From contig OX337230.1 in assembly GCA_946965045.2 (NCBI GenBank), forward strand, positions 4,030,001-4,094,000: DNA of 64,000 nucleotides, read 5' to 3'. Within the stretch, counting starts at the first letter, position 1, and each line of letters starts with the position of its first letter. The DNA comes from Epithemia pelagica (Eukaryota; Protista; Bacillariophyta). The notes under the pieces are model-generated. The model did not search any database. It was not told the origin of the DNA and worked only from the letters and a program-made list of their open reading frames with translations. Position numbers and translations under genes: made by a program. Shown one piece after another: positions 1 to 11,741 of this stretch.

Positions 1-2210
1 AAGCCACCCAAGACGACCCCCACCTTGGCCAAATTCGTCATGGTTTGGCGCAAGGCCCGAGCGCGATGCTGTCGGTGCCACGGTGGTTCGTTCGTGTCGT
101 CGTCGTGTTCCATCAAGAGGGGCGGCACAAAGGATTGGGCCGTCAATCCAAGAGAATCGGCCAGGGGCGTAATGCTATAAAAAAAGCTCAAAATGACTTG
201 TTGGGCCGCCATGGCCAAGGTCCCCATGGTACTGGATACGACATGACTCATGGCGACGTAACACGAGACGCGACCAATCTGGGTCGACGTGACGGGTAAG
301 AGGTAGGGCCCAAATGCGCGTCGGACGGCGGCCGAAGGAATCTGGGTCAACTCGTGCAATCGACCCTCCAACAAGCCACGTGTCGCGGCCGCCGAGTTGG
401 TAGTGGTGGCGTCTGTTGTTGTTGCTGTTGTTGTTGTGGTTGTGGCGACAGGGGACCGCTGACGACGGTACCAATTCCTCCTCCTCGGTGGTTGTGGGAG
501 GGTGTTGGTTTCCGGAGAAGCGCGTGGTGTTTGGGCATGGACCGAAGTGGTGGTTGTTGTCCTTGTGGATTTACCACCACTGCGCATGAGTTCGAGAATG
601 GATCGGGAAATATTGACCGTGCGTGCCGTTTTCGTAATCGTCGAGGAGGAGGATGATCGTGGTGGTTCTTTCAGAGTAGTGTCACTCCTTGCTGCGGCTT
701 TGCGACCCAGCCATTGGACAAAGAGGGCGACGGCCGCATATTGCGAGAGGGTCGTGGCCCAGGCGGCTCCGGCGGCCCCGCCCAACCAGGAAATGTGCGA
801 TTGTCGCACGAGAATTAAATCGCCGAGCAAATTCACCACGGCCGCCGCCACCAAGACGGCCAGGGGACTTGTGGCATCTTGCAGTCCCAAACAAGCGGCT
901 TGCGCCGTGCCAATCCAGGCGGCGGCCGGCATGCCCAAGGCTCGAATGCGAACATAGGTCGCGGCTGCCTCGACAACCGCAGGATTTTGGAGGGCACTGG
1001 ACGAGCCCAACAAGAGTCGGACTCCGTGCGGGGCGCCCACAAACAAGACGAGTCCCAAGGCGAGTCCGACGTAGGTGGACAATTGCAAGGACCCGAGCAG
1101 GGTCGACTGGACACTGTTATTGTGGTTGTTTGGGTCGTTGTTTGTGGATTGTGCCGCCGCGACGCGAGCGCGGGCCATGAGATTGGTCGTGCCGGTATAC
1201 AAAAAGGCAATGCACAGGGCACTGTATTCCGTCACGGCCACGGCTGGATTGAGAGCGGCTTGATGCGTCGTGCCGGCCAAGAGTCCGACGGTCGACGTAT
1301 CAATCAAACTGAGCAAGGGACTGCACAACCAAACGCCCGTCGCTGGAATGGCAAAGCGAATCATTTGCCACAAGGTGGGAGCTTCCATCACAGACGACGA
1401 AATAGCAGCAGCAGTAGAAGACAATGGTTCGAGTTGCTCTTGTGGCTCCTGCTCCGGATCCAGTGTCGGAACCGAATCCTTGTCCTCGGGGTGACCCTCG
1501 AGGACCACACTGGCAGCCGTCACAATTGGTGGCGGTGGGTCATCTTGTTCCATGGCAGAACGAGTCGTTGTGGTGGACGATTCGGGAAAGGTTTCGAGTT
1601 GGTCCGCCACTTGTTGGGAGACAAACGAGGCTTCGGCTTCCACAACCGCCTCTTGGGAAGCGGCCAAAATGGCTTGCACGGTATCCTCCGTGGCAGCCAA
1701 GACTGGATCATCTTCTTGTTGCTGTGCTTCTTCCAGTGGTTCTTGGGACAGCTGCGAAACGGAGGAATCCTCCTCCTCCTCCAAGCTGCTTTGTGTCCAA
1801 AACTCTTGGACTTGCTGCGCGGATGGAGTCGCGGCATCTTCTGGTTGTTGTTCCAAAAACTGCCATGTCGCTTGTAGACCCATGACATCTTGCTCGGGAA
1901 GGAACAAACCGTCTTCTTGTGATGAAAGGGACGAATACTCCAGTGCGGCTTGTGGTTGTGGTTGTTCTGTGGATGCATCTTTGCTCCACTCGACAATGTC
2001 CTGCTGGTCCAAAGAAGAAGATGGAGGAAAGGATGCATCCTGAAGAACAACCCTGCCACCCAACCGTCCCTTGTGATACAAAAGATTCTTCTTCTTCTTC
2101 TTGTTGGTAATAGCAGGATGGATCAACCAAGAAGAAGAAGCAGAAGAATGATGGGGCGCTTGAAAGGCTAGACTTGGAACAATGGTGAGCCACCACCATG
2201 GCAGCAGCAT
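1..2210 (-). CDS. MATE family transporter, plastid-type (EDS5/DTX46-like); 3' end lies beyond the left edge
   Basis: Manual translation from ATG 2210 is open to position 3 (736 codons, no stop), which is why the ORF track omits it. It begins MLLPWWWLTIVPSLA-FQAP (signal peptide plus ASAF-like cleavage motif), then an acidic linker, then MATE motifs IRFAIPATGVWLCSPLLSLIDT, HQAALNPA, YVRIRALGMPAA and QIGRVSCYVAMSHVVSSTMGTLAMAAQQV. Confidence 0.9.
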   Translation of the reverse strand, partial: MLLPWWWLTIVPSLAFQAPHHSSASSSWLIHPAITNKKKKKNLLYHKGRLGGRVVLQDASFPPSSSLDQQDIVEWSKDASTEQPQPQAALEYSSLSSQEDGLFLPEQDVMGLQATWQFLEQQPEDAATPSAQQVQEFWTQSSLEEEEDSSVSQLSQEPLEEAQQQEDDPVLAATEDTVQAILAASQEAVVEAEASFVSQQVADQLETFPESSTTTTRSAMEQDDPPPPIVTAASVVLEGHPEDKDSVPTLDPEQEPQEQLEPLSSTAAAISSSVMEAPTLWQMIRFAIPATGVWLCSPLLSLIDTSTVGLLAGTTHQAALNPAVAVTEYSALCIAFLYTGTTNLMARARVAAAQSTNNDPNNHNNSVQSTLLGSLQLSTYVGLALGLVLFVGAPHGVRLLLGSSSALQNPAVVEAAATYVRIRALGMPAAAWIGTAQAACLGLQDATSPLAVLVAAAVVNLLGDLILVRQSHISWLGGAAGAAWATTLSQYAAVALFVQWLGRKAAARSDTTLKEPPRSSSSSTITKTARTVNISRSILELMRSGGKSTRTTTTTSVHAQTPRASPETNTLPQPPRRRNWYRRQRSPVATTTTTTATTTDATTTNSAAATRGLLEGRLHELTQIPSAAVRRAFGPYLLPVTSTQIGRVSCYVAMSHVVSSTMGTLAMAAQQVILSFFYSITPLADSLGLTAQSFVPPLLMEHDDDTNEPPWHRQHRARALRQTMTNLAKVGVVLGG

Positions 2211-3138
2211 CCAAAGGAGACCCACCAACGTCATGATGATGATCGTATAAAAATCAAAATCTGAAACAACGGACGATTCGTAGTACTACCTGGATAATAG
2301 AACAACAACAACCACGGGCGCATACTCTCCCTGTTGGATGGATGAAACCAAAAAAAAGATTGTGAGCACACAAACCCACACACACACACGGCGGCGGAGA
2401 GAGATTCTCTCGCCCCTGCCTGACGCAATCCCAAGAGAGCCGTGGCCTCGGTGGCCTTGGGGGAAGCAAATCCTTTTTGGAGAGTGCCACATGTCAACTG
2501 TCAACCCGAAGATGATACCGAATGTTGATGTCCGATGCTTCTTTGCGTACGGCTTTCTGCGTGGCGCAACGTGGTCAGCCGGCCACGTGTAGTGACGTGT
2601 GCAATCGGGCAGTCGCACACACTATGGGACGACCCACCGACGGTCCAACGGCCATTCCACACACCATCGCCGGCAGCATCTTTTTTTGGAACTCTCGAAA
2701 CCATTGTGGAACAGCACCATGGCTCGATGTGAACCGTCCAAAACTCCAGCTGCCATTCCACCATATGCGCGGCCATCATGCCATCACCAAATCACCAAAA
2801 ATCACAGCGCGCTGTCTCACCATCATCAAAAAGACCATTCATGACGAGGAGGAGGATCAGCATCATCATCAGCCTCGTCACAACCACCACAACCACAGCG
2901 GTCGACACGCACGTCTTGAACATTGCACCGAATTCGTAAGACACCAAGAATCACAAAAAGAAGAAGAAGAAGAAGACAAAATCGTCCCTGTCCCAAAACG
3001 ACCAGGAGGATGAGGACGACGACGATGCGCCTCTCTTGGACGGCAACGATGCCTGGTGTGATGCCGGCACGCAAAAATCCCTCGATCATGGTACTAGTAG
3101 AATCACACAAACGTTTCTCCAAAACTTGGAACAGCACC

Positions 3139-4583
3139 ATGGCGCGCAGGCGAATCATTATTGTGGATGGCAAACCTGTGCATCTCTCCAGTCACCAAGA
3201 ATACAACGACTATATCAATCGAAAGCGGGTGGAGTGCCTTGAAGATACGGACGGCGCAGAAATGGGCGGTTTTGAATCCCTTGATGACAGCGGCACCTAC
3301 CGGTTGGGTCCGCCGGTCCAACCAGTGAGTTTGAATGATTTGTGATTGTGTATATATCTGTATTCGATGTTGAGATTCGAATCTCTCGTTGCCTATGAGT
3401 TCACCTATTATCTGGACGGATGGCTGATAGGGAACTACACTGCCGCAGCAACATGATTCAATTTCGCGGGACAGCATCAATGAATGGAAGCCTCTACGCA
3501 TTATCTTTCTTCCACTTACCTGCATCTTTTCCCTACTCTCTTTTCATTACCGATCCGACAATGGCGTCATTTGTCGTCCATTGAAAATAACCCTCTTGTT
3601 TGGAATCCCTCGTGGATGGCGACACGAACCGATTCGCCGGCAGCATAACGGTAAGTTGCGTGGCTTGGTTGGTGTTGGAGTCCGATTGTATATAGTGCTG
3701 TATCATCACTGCTCAACCTCTCGCTTTGGGTTACCTCAAGAGCTTCTTTCCGACGATTCCCTCGTACGACGTACCGAGGAAATGGTTGAATCAATGCTAC
3801 TCAAACATGGCATTTTGGAGAACAAGCAGCGTCCCAAACGAACTCTTTCCTACGTTACCAAGAGCCACGCGTTCTCATGCCTGATTGCCAAGAAACGAAT
3901 GTCCTTTCAAGCGGATTTCTTTTTCGATCTAGTTGATCCAGTGAAGACAAGTGCATTCCGCAATGATGGTCCAGATCCATCTGAGGACGAAAACAAGAGC
4001 CACCATGGTTTTTTTTGAAAGAAATGACAACACTCATCGAATCGGCAGTGCAAGCCGGACGAACCATTCACCAGCAACTACATTGGAGTAAATCAGGCCA
4101 TCGGCTCAAATTAGACGATGGAATATCTGCCGGCGTGGAACCTGATTTTTGTACAACTGATTGTATTCACTACATCGAGACATTCGCCCTGAAAATATTA
4201 TGCAAGACGCCAACGGCAACCTGTATCTGATTGATTGGGGATTTGCTCTGTTAAGTCAAGACGCTGATGATAATGAGATACATCCATTCGCAGGAACCTT
4301 TCGGTACGGAATCGAAGCTGCCGTGAGTGCTGCACTTCAAGAACGTTTGTATCACTACAGCTCTAGAGATGACCTAGAGTCTTTTGTAAAGACAGTCATG
4401 GCGGTCAACTCTGGCGGGCATCGCATCTCATTGGGTATATCCACAATAAGGCAAGGGGATTTTGCCGCAGCTCTGGAATTTTGGCGGGATATACGCCAAA
4501 GCTTGCCGCCTCATTTCAATAACATGTTTGATGCCGCCCAGAACAACGACTATGAAGCGTTAAAAGGAGGCCTAGTGTTTTGA
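3139..4583 (+). pseudogene. Crinkler/CR-like kinase gene, degenerate
   Basis: Exon 1 at 3139-3324 (MARRRIIIVDGKPVHLSSHQEY...GTYRLGPPVQP) ends at GTGAGT and is homologous to exon 1 of the gene at 8249. Downstream pieces fall in different frames. The kinase C-lobe HRDIRPENIM...YLIDWGFA...AGTFRYG is at 4161-4583. Confidence 0.7.
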
Positions 4584-4719
4584 CGCAACGTTCGGCATTG
4601 AATGTGGTCGACTTGTAAACATTTTTTCGAATGAAAGACCATTTCCCCTTGCTTTGGCTTGGCGTGTCGTTTGCCCAAAATGGTGAGCCAGGACAGGCCC
4701 GCTTGAGCGCCTTTTAAAA

Positions 4720-4985
4720 ACAACGACTCTTGTTGGGACACAACGATTTGGCCTTTGTCGGGTAAATTGGATTCGGCCTGGTTTGTCGTGGTGCCCATTG
4801 CCATGTTGCGACTCCAACAGTCGACCGTTCCATTGGCCTCGGTCTGGCAAGTCGTTTTGGTCTATCAACTCGTCCAATGTACGACGTGGGTCGGTCGGTC
4901 CCTCCTCTTGCAATGACGGACTGAAGCACGCGTGTCATCGCAATCCTGAAAGAAAAGAAGAGGACTTTGGAGATGGATCTACATG
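4720..4985 (+). pseudogene. Degenerate 3' fragment of the MATE gene
   Basis: Nucleotide similarity to 43225-43460 (gatttggcctttgtcgg, gccatgttgcgactc, tatcaactcgt, acgtgggtcggtcggtccctcctcttgcaa) with frameshifts. Boundaries approximate. Confidence 0.75.
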
Positions 4986-6290
4986 AGGATGACGACTCTT
5001 GCTTGCATGCCGGCGGCAGGTTTCATGATACGCCGAGGACCGAGCCGAACCGAAACGGAATCTCCACACGTGGGATCCCTCGATTTGTGGTGATATATAT
5101 GCAATCCATATACTAGCTGCACGATTCCTGCACAGAAATGAGGCATTCCTGATATACCTGTGTTGTTTGTTTCTTGTTCTAGCCATTCAGTTCTTTGGTC
5201 TCCCGATCTTCTTCTTTACCCCTAGTGTTTATTATCTTCTTCTACGAAAAAGTGGTCTCCTATCATCATCCTTTTGTCGTTTCTTTTCTTGCCTTGTGGT
5301 GGAGGGTGTTGCCGTGGAATCGCACTGGGAGTTTTGTACGGTGCATCGACTTTCCAACCGCGAACCGCGACCCATGTCTTGTGGAAGAAGTTCGCCTTTC
5401 TGTTCTCAAAGTACACTACAAAAGTTTGTCCAGCTTCCGTCGTCCGCCGTCCGACATGCCTATTGTGTCGTGTTTTGTCGCCATGAGTGATGTCGTATCC
5501 AGTACCATGGGCACCTTGGCTATGGCCACCCAACAAGTCATTTTGAGCTTTTTTTTAGCACTACACCCCTGGTCGATGCTCTCGGATTGACGGCCCAATC
5601 TTGTGTTCCGCCCCTCTTGATGGAAAACGACGAAAAGAACGAATTGTCGTGGTGCCCACGGCCATGTTGCGACTCAAACAACTCCCAGTCATCCAATTGA
5701 CATCGGTCTGGCAAGTCTTTTTCGTCTATCAACTCGTGCGATGTACCACCTGGGTCGGTCGGTCCCTCCTCTTGCAACGACGCACGAGCGCGAAGCACGC
5801 CCATCACAACCATGAGAGAGAAGAGGAAAGGTCGTTTGATGGATCGACACGACGACGACGACGACGACGACTACTGCTTGCATGACAGCGGTAGGACTCA
5901 TGACACGACGAGAGCAGAGCCGGACCAACCGAACATAGCACCCCCCCCCCCCCCCCCCCAAACGGAATCTCCTGGTTTGTGAGGATATGTTTGCGCTGAG
6001 TTTGCTACATATGCAATCAATATACTAGCTGCATGATTCCTGCACAGAAGAGAGGCATTCATGAGGTACATTTGTTGTGTCTGTTTGTTTCTTGTTCTAG
6101 CCATGCAGTGCTTGGGAAAACGACTACCATGGTCTCGAGATCATGTTCGTTACCCCCAGCGTTTGCCATCTTCTGCTTCTACGAAAAAGTGTTTTCCTCT
6201 CATCCTTGTCGTTTCTCTGCGGTTCTTTGCTTGCCTTGTCGGAGGATCTGTTTCCGTGGAATGGCACTGGGAGTTTGTAAGGGAGGAATA
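4730..6290. repeat. Diverged tandem duplication, period about 0.9 kb (MATE 3' end plus downstream spacer)
   Basis: The ~5040-5340 and ~5960-6290 segments align (atatgcaatc.atatactagctgca.gattcctgcacagaa...gtttgtttcttgttctagccat). Both antisense ORFs start MARTRNKQ (5186 and 6104). Confidence 0.7.
5425..5830 (+). pseudogene. Second degenerate MATE 3' fragment with internal deletion
   Basis: Matches the MSHVVSSTMGTLAM...LGLTAQS region, then jumps directly to VPTAMLRLKQLP...VRCTTWVGRSLLLQRRT. Boundaries approximate. Confidence 0.75.
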
Positions 6291-6483
6291 TCTACCTAGG
6301 CGTGCCACGCGTGACGACTATAGATGAACGCTTAAGGGAGGACGTCGACAATGCAAAACATCTACGTGTCACTCAAAGCATGAGACCCTGTTCTAGTTTA
6401 CCATGTCCGATCTTCAGAACGAAACTCGAATGCTTTGCGCCATGAAGTTTACCACGCCATTGATCGCCATGCTCATCCAACAT

Positions 6484-8249
6484 TCAGCCAAAAAACTCGT
6501 GATCCAGAGACTCTGCTGCAGACAGGCGCTTCGCTGGATCCTCTTGCGTTTGTGTGTGTACGTAACGATGGCCATTAATGTCCAGCTGGTTCCACTGCTC
6601 AACTAGCTTTCCAAATTGCCACATATCACATGCTTTCGTCCAAGACCCCCCCGATTCAACCACAACAAGCTCTGGTGGAAGCAAATTGGGGTTGTAGTCT
6701 TCCAAATCTAAATCAATCCTGTTTGCCCATTCTAGGTCCATCAAGTACCACCTACTGTCCGCAAACATGACGTTTGCGGGTCGAATGTCTCTATGGACCC
6801 ATCCATGGTCGTGGAGCCAACGAAGGGCTGAAAGGACTTGGCGTCCAGCATTCTTTACCTCTGCAACATTTCGAGGCGATTTGCCACAAAATCCGACAGG
6901 ACTAATTTGTAACGTCAACCAGCCTCTCCTGGAAAATTTCCACTTCTCGACTGATATCAAACTAGGCACCTGCATTTTTTGAATTTCTCCGTACAGTTCT
7001 TCCAGGACAGCGTCATTAGTAAAGTGACAAGTTTTCTTCACCACAAAGAAACCAAGAATGCTTACGTCACTGGACTGCGTTTTAATTCGGTCTCCAAGTT
7101 TTATCACATTTCCCTCTGGATACTCCTCCTCCAATGACAACAAAACTCGCGAGATATTCACGGCGTACCTTACGCAGAGGCTTCTCCCCCCAACGGTGGC
7201 CAGATCAACCTGCGGTGCTATAGAAGTAAGTTTGCTGTCGTCCCGATTGATGGCCCAGAATTCCAGAATGTTCCCCCCGCAAGCATAACAGATCAGATAT
7301 GGCACACCTCCGAAATAGGCGTCAGAAAAACAATTTAGTTTTGTCACGAGCTCATCTCTGGCCGCCTGTATCTCACCCGGGGTCGCCTTGTCCTCTCCCT
7401 TGAAAGCCAGGACGCCCGAGGGCAACCAGACAAGCACGTCTGGCCGCAAGTTGGATACTGTAGCACCACTGAGGTCAACTCCGTTTCGATTCATTCTGAA
7501 AGAGCACCTTGCATATCTGCCGATTTTAGACATGATCCCTAAGACGAGGTTATCAATCGGCGAATGCACGCTGTCTTCATTATCACCATATTTTTGGAGA
7601 GAATGGACAGCATCTCTGACCAAACCAAGCTCAGGAATAATTACAGAATCCTCTAGCGCCGCAGAAGATGAAATAACGTCATCTATCGGACGGTCGGAGA
7701 TAGAGACAGGGTGTGCGGAGGGCAATGCTCTAGGTAATGGTGCCTGCACGACACGCCCCAGATCGTCGATTCCAGGAACGGGTGGGATATTTTGACACCA
7801 AGCTTCCAATATTTCCTCAGATTGGATGTTGATTTGATCGTGCTGACGCGCGGCGAAACCAGAGGCGGAGGATTGATTTTTAGGTACCGTGGTATACACA
7901 ACAAACTATCTAAGAAAAACAAATAATGTGTCATGACATTGACATACGGACCATCTCTTCTCCATACCAGCTCGTCCAGATAATTGATGAAATAGACAAA
8001 GAGATTCGAATCTCAAAATCGAATACAGATACACAAATAGAAATTCAAACTTACTGGTGCGATTGCCGCCTGGATAGGTGGACCCTTCCTGTATGTGCCG
8101 CCGGGCACGAGGGATGCAAAGCCGCCTATTTCTATGCCATTGGTATCTTCAAGGCACTCCACGCCCTTTCGATTTATGTAGCCGTTGTATTCTTGCTGAT
8201 TGGAGAGTAGTAAAGGTTTGCCATCAACAGTGATTTGCTTGCCCTCCAT
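6484..8249 (-). CDS. Crinkler/CR-like protein: small N-terminal header, PD-(D/E)xK nuclease-like domain and protein kinase domain; 2 exons, 538 aa
   Basis: Exon 1 is 8249-8055 (65 codons), the phase-0 intron is 8054-7906 (GTAAGT...TTAGATAG), and exon 2 is 7905-6484 with an open frame. Motifs: LRPDVLVW...FKGEDK (REase-like), then HRDIRPANVM and YLMDLEWA (kinase), DMWQFG, RLSAAESLDHEFF. Confidence 0.85.
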
Positions 8250-9022
8250 GGTGTTGTTCCAATCTTTCTGTGGTACTCCCAATTACCTTTTCACCAAAAA
8301 CCTATTCATTTCGCCGACTCACGAGGGAGTGTGAGGTTTCCTATCTCCTATCACCGAACTGCTGACGTTCCCTACTCTTCCTTCATATTCCCCTACAATA
8401 CGACTCATTCTACATCTCTCGGTTTCAGAGTTGTACTGTTTTCATTTTTTTGACGTCACTGTAGAGATTAAAGTATTCCCATGTTCGTCTGAGTTCAGTA
8501 TGAACGGGACGGGTGGGCCGTAAGGGGGCATGTTATCGGGCGCGCGGAGCATGGGCGGAGCATGGATATGGGGGGAGCAATGCATGCTCCACGATGCATG
8601 CTCCGCGCGTCTATATTATCGGTGGGCGGATGCAGAGATGCGGAGCATGCGCGGCGCGCGCGCTCAAAATCCTCGACCGTCACGGAAACGCGTATGGGTC
8701 GCCTTAAGTATGGAATCGAGCAACTTTGGGAAGACGATGGCAAGCAAAGGGGTGGTTTCCGGACACAATAATCATTCCCTTTATAGACTACTTATCATTT
8801 AGAGTATCCATTGGATATTTCACCTGTTGTTCTGTTGGCCCTACGAGCTCATGTGGGAAAGACACGTCAATTTCCATGCTCTATGGAAACACAACCTCCA
8901 CCATGAGGATGGAAAAGACTCCTAAAGAGCAAGGCAGCAACAGTTGGCCGACTATATGTACTTGTCTACAATACTAGTGCCTAGATAGACTCTGTCATCG
9001 CTTTTGTCCATGACAAATCCAT
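7657..9022. repeat. Segmental duplication copy A (partner 12815-14794)
   Basis: Near-identical to 12815-14794. The offset is 5158, becomes 5156 after a 2-bp indel, and 5772 after a 614-bp MITE plus TA in copy B. Confidence 0.95.
8524..9022. mobile_element. Right-truncated copy of the MITE at 14296-14991
   Basis: TAA followed by GGGGGCATGTTATCGGGCGCGCGGAGCATG left end. Identity to the full copy stops after acaaatccat at 9022. Confidence 0.85.
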
Positions 9023-9152
9023 ATCGTGTCGAATAGCCGTCATTAGCGATTCATGGATAAGTCCTTTCAATTCCTCCATTTTGCTACGCGTTGCGCTCCA
9101 AGAACGAAGGGGCGGATCATCTGGATCTGAACTCGATGCCTTTTTTTTGGGT

Positions 9153-10817
9153 TCAAATGCGGTTTTCAGTTTTTCCAAGAAAGCAGACCGAATACTGCGG
9201 CAACGACTGCAAAGTATTGTCGCAATAGGTCTTATCATTTGACTGCATTTTCCCTTTGGGACCGTTCTGGGGGGAAGGAACAGAATTGGGGTCCGATTTG
9301 CTTGGTGTTTTTTTGCGCTTGTGCTCCCGCTTTAGCTCGTTTTCTACATTTGGGTAGGTAAGACGATTGAATTGCATTGCCTGCAATTTTACAAATCCAA
9401 AGTAGGACAGAGATTCTTTTGGTTGCAGAAACCATAGCTGTGGTGTCGCACCATCGTCGACCGCCTTGCATGTTTTCACAAACTCAAGAATCATCCATTG
9501 CTTCACAGGGTGGTTTTTCTCAGCAACTGTCAGTTGAAGAGCCGCAATGGAAAACATTTCTCTCCTTTTGATCATGATGATGGCGTCAATCGCAGCAAAA
9601 GTCTCACTTGTGGCTTTCGCAAACACAGTAAACTCTTCCGTACTATGTGCATCCAACTTGGCCTTTGCCTTTTTCGAGAAATCCTGCATTGTCGTAAACT
9701 CGATGACTTCAATTTTGGATGCCGATTCCTGAAGCAGCACTTGAACAGAGGGCTTCATGTGATCCACGGGAAGCTCTGAACCGACGATGGTTATGTGCGC
9801 TTGATCGTTCCGCATATTCCTTGTTAGCAGAGGCTCCCAAATCCAGCCACCAACGCTGCGTGCCTTCGGCTGTGCAAGCAGGTCTTCCATTAGCTTCTGA
9901 AGTTTATCATCCGAACGGGACTCCTCCTTTTCCAGCAGCGATCGCCCGATGTATGGCGAGGGGATCTGGAGCTTGAACTTATTTCGGAAGCTGTCTGTAG
10001 GGATCATGTGTCCAACAAGGCCGGGATACAGTTTTTGCCCAACCACAGCGGAATTCCCCTCATTTGTTGGAGAAGAATCGTCCAAGACAGAAAGATGGTT
10101 TACTAGCTTTTCCACTCCGTATATCGAAATAGCTCCATCCACCAGCTCCTGCGCCTTCTCTGGATTTTGAAGGCAAAGGCTTGGGACACCTCCCACATAA
10201 TAGAATGCGTCTTTCGCTTCGGTAACTGCTTCAGGGCTCTTGTTGGCTGCCATTTCTATTACCTCACGCTTGCTTGCTGAATCAATGTAACAAAAATTAC
10301 CTTTAGTATCACTCCAATTTTGCTGTTGCCGAAGCCTGCTCCATCGTTCTTTGTTCGCTGAGCTTACAATGAGAAGGAAGCCGGAGGGGAAACTTCGAAC
10401 ACCTCCTCGGCTGAGATCCACAATGTGAAGGGTCTTATATTCGCTTCTCGGTTGGCCAGCCGCAATTTTGTTGCCGCTCCACGTGTAATGGACTTCCCAA
10501 CCAAAAAGCTTTGCCATGAATAAACCAATGATAGCACCAAGAATTGACTTGCCGGTTCCCTGGACTCCAGTTAGTACCATTGTGCTCTTTTTCCGGTCAT
10601 CGTCTGGCTTTGCATTTGCGTACTCTTGATGAGCTTTCTCAAAGAACGCAATCGTTGAGCAAAGAATGTAGGAATAACAGTGACGCCAATAAACTGAGCG
10701 GATTTCATAGTCAAACCATTCCATGCGCTTCACTTGGATGAACCGCTTCTCATTGACTTTCAAAAGCGAAATATCTTGATCAAAGAATACTTGCATCGCA
10801 TTGATATCGTTATCCAC
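9153..10817 (-). CDS. CR/RHS-like P-loop NTPase plus C-terminal restriction-endonuclease-like domain (554 aa open frame; true 5' end unresolved)
   Basis: Walker A LTGVQGTGKS, Walker B-like LHIVD, YYVGGVP helix motif, and C-terminal FAAIDA...LQLTVAEKNHPV resembling CR/RHS nuclease domains. Confidence 0.75.
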   Translation of the reverse strand: MDNDINAMQVFFDQDISLLKVNEKRFIQVKRMEWFDYEIRSVYWRHCYSYILCSTIAFFEKAHQEYANAKPDDDRKKSTMVLTGVQGTGKSILGAIIGLFMAKLFGWEVHYTWSGNKIAAGQPRSEYKTLHIVDLSRGGVRSFPSGFLLIVSSANKERWSRLRQQQNWSDTKGNFCYIDSASKREVIEMAANKSPEAVTEAKDAFYYVGGVPSLCLQNPEKAQELVDGAISIYGVEKLVNHLSVLDDSSPTNEGNSAVVGQKLYPGLVGHMIPTDSFRNKFKLQIPSPYIGRSLLEKEESRSDDKLQKLMEDLLAQPKARSVGGWIWEPLLTRNMRNDQAHITIVGSELPVDHMKPSVQVLLQESASKIEVIEFTTMQDFSKKAKAKLDAHSTEEFTVFAKATSETFAAIDAIIMIKRREMFSIAALQLTVAEKNHPVKQWMILEFVKTCKAVDDGATPQLWFLQPKESLSYFGFVKLQAMQFNRLTYPNVENELKREHKRKKTPSKSDPNSVPSPQNGPKGKMQSNDKTYCDNTLQSLPQYSVCFLGKTENRI

Positions 10818-11741
10818 AGTAGTCCTCTCTGAGGAGGGGCGTCGCTACAGTCATTTGGTCATTCAACACAATACACAACATTTGTCTCATGGACAGTCCA
10901 TCCATTGTTTCATGCCGAAGCGGACGTGGTGGCAGTTTGCGGACGTGGGCTCGAGTGTAAACCATTGAGTTCTTTTCGAGGAGGTGGAGACTGCGAAAGT
11001 TCGGTAAAGTGATATTCAACATGACGGGACTCGAAGAAGTTCACTGTGTGCCCCTGTTTCGTGAAATACCTTCAACGAAAGTATGTGAACGACGGTTCAT
11101 CATTCCTCAATGACTTTGAGCAATGTTACGAGAGATGATTCGGAGGTATCAAATCTATCTGGATTGGATAAGTGGTACACCTATATTCTGTGCCATTCCC
11201 GTCTCGATCATTGTACCCCCACACTATGAGGTTCGATCCGTTCGGAACGGAATCGTTTCTTTGTGTATGCCAAAGAGAATTACTGGAAGGTAGTTCCCTT
11301 TGTCTCTTTAAAATCGTGAGATTAATGACTCTTTTTGGAGTAGTAACTACGAATCGCATCGTACATGGAAAATAGATTGACATCGACTACTACAATAATG
11401 TATACTTCACTCCCTTCCGACTTCAGTTTCCGATCCATTAGCCAAACGGAGAGCAGCAACAAAAGCTGCGTTTTGAGAGTGCTCTGAATGCGCCATTGAC
11501 AGTAAGTCTTCGCATAGGTAGCCCTCCGACATTTGCATGGCCTGTTCAACCAAGACCGTCTCTTTTGCCATTGTGCGGTTGGAACGCCGGTCCAGGGTTT
11601 CAATCGTTGTCCCTACTCTTGGTCCTTGTTGATAGCCAATGGGTGCTTCTTTGATACGGAATCGGTTCCGTCATCTGTACAGGTACCAGATAATTTAACT
11701 ACCACAACGAGCTTCGAGAAAAGATGGTTCGCCAAGAGTGT

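Noticed and set aside
879-2059. Several 150-330 aa ORFs listed over the MATE region
   Set aside because: Alternative-frame or antisense shadows of the unlisted MATE frame starting at 2210.
8451-8458. TGACGTCA palindrome upstream of the CR-kinase gene (copy near 13607)
   Set aside because: A single 8-mer is expected by chance; no support for a regulatory call.
10820-11600. Possible N-terminal exons or an HNH-like domain upstream of the NTPase ORF
   Set aside because: Protein-like pieces occur in several frames with stops, and I could not recognise a motif or consistent splice path; left unresolved.
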